A stretch of 64,000 bases of DNA from Eledone cirrhosa (lineage: Eukaryota): positions 5,642,001 to 5,706,000 of the forward strand of contig OZ024743.1 in NCBI GenBank assembly GCA_964016885.1, read 5' to 3'. The notes under the pieces are model-generated. The model was given only the letters and a program-made list of their open reading frames with translations, was not told the DNA's origin and did no database searches. This document shows positions 62,821 to 64,000 of the stretch, one piece after another (position 1 is the stretch's first letter; every line of letters begins with the position of its first letter). A program made the translations under genes and the position numbers.

Positions 62821-63192
62821 AAGTACAGGATGTCCCCCAAAATGTATACACACTTCAAAATCATTCTAATAAAAGTGTGTATACAATTTTAGGGATACCC
62901 TGAATATATATATATATAGAGAGAGAGAGAGGGAGGGGGAGAAGCTATCGTCCGCTTAGCGCTGCAGTCAAGATATTACCTATCTCCGTACCCACAAGTG
63001 AATCCGAGATAGAGGTAATACCACCCTAACTGCGGCACTAAGCGGACAAGCTGAAACCGCTTGGCGCCGCGAACGGTGGACCCCCCTCTCTCTCTCTATA
63101 TATATATATTCAGGGTATCCCTAAAAATGCATGCACACTTTTATTAGAATGCTTTTGAAGTGTGTATACATTTTGGGGGACATCCTGTACTT
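62821..63192. repeat. ~370-nt nested foldback
   Basis: Outer arms 62821-62933 / 63084-63192 (MITE + (TA)n(GA)n); inner stems 62950-62968 / 63029-63047 and 62975-62987 / 63006-63020. Confidence 0.9.
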
Positions 63193-64000
63193 ATATATAG
63201 ATTGAAAGTCTGCTTTTTTTTAAAGAATTTATTTATTTGAGATATTAAAACATCAGATTACCAATTATTTTCAAAATATAATGCTAGAAACCGAGATGGT
63301 ATATTGAAAACCGAGACCGGGGTAGAGTGGAGGGCACGATTATCAAGCCTGGTTGTTTGTACATGTTCTTTGGGACGTTTAGTAGTCTTTAAAATAACGT
63401 AACAAAAGTAACTTTTACTGAGAAGTGAATAATTAATGGCTCGGAGTGAAAATCTTTTTCTATTAATGTTATAGAAGTTAAAAAACTGATAGAACAGTTA
63501 AATGATTAAAGGCGTTTCGGCCATGTCCATCTAATATTTTTGTTTATTCAAGACTATAATTTCCATCGTGTTTTTTTTAAGAGGCAAATCTGACTGCTAC
63601 TTTTAGCACATCGAACGATCGTGTAATTGCTTCCGTGTTGACTAGATTAACATTTTAATTCCGGTAAGGAGTATGGTATAAATTGTCAAAATAAATAAAC
63701 AAAATAAGTACAGATTATAGAATGTACATTCTGAAATAAAACTAAATTCTATCTTATTACTTCTTTTATTTTGCGGTTTATTTATTATTTTGCGCAACAG
63801 TTATTGAAAACGTGTTAGAGAAAATAAAAAAAATATATACATCGCGGATTTCCAATGCAGACAATTTGCAGAATCAAAGAACGAGAACTTACGTGAAGAC
63901 TTACGAAAGTTTACGAGATGTTGTGCAATGGAGGTTGTATGTAGTTTCCGGGAAGATTACCATCGTTTGTTTTTTGCTGGATTTACATGAGGAAGAGAAA

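Overview
AT-rich, intron-containing eukaryotic DNA. The SINE/LINE repertoire suggests a mollusc, probably an octopod cephalopod (inference). Three protein-coding genes can be spliced together by hand. (1) The last four exons of a cytosolic acetyl-CoA acetyltransferase (ACAT2-like thiolase, +, 1040-6189). (2) An unrecognised three-exon type-I membrane protein (-, 27552-18937; 317 aa: signal peptide, one Ig-like domain, TM helix, Tyr-rich tail). (3) A complete SF3A2/SF3a66 gene (+, 35242-45371; 8 coding exons, 349 aa, PPHG-repeat tail). The rest is mostly mobile DNA: three young CR1-clade LINE copies, decayed RTE and CRE-like (RLE) LINEs, tRNA-derived SINEs, piggyBac-, hAT- and mariner-type MITEs, non-autonomous Helitrons and Penelope-type hammerhead relics. 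At 51.5-59.2 kb there is a three-level nest: a CRE-like LINE, interrupted by a CsRn1-clade Ty3/gypsy element, whose 3' LTR holds a non-coding three-LTR (TRIM-like) element with tRNA-Trp PBSs and one TTAG target duplication. The best leads are the orphan Ig-like receptor, the triple-LTR element, a ~370-nt nested foldback near 63 kb and an inverted hammerhead-like pair upstream of SF3A2. All calls come from manual reading; no searches were run.
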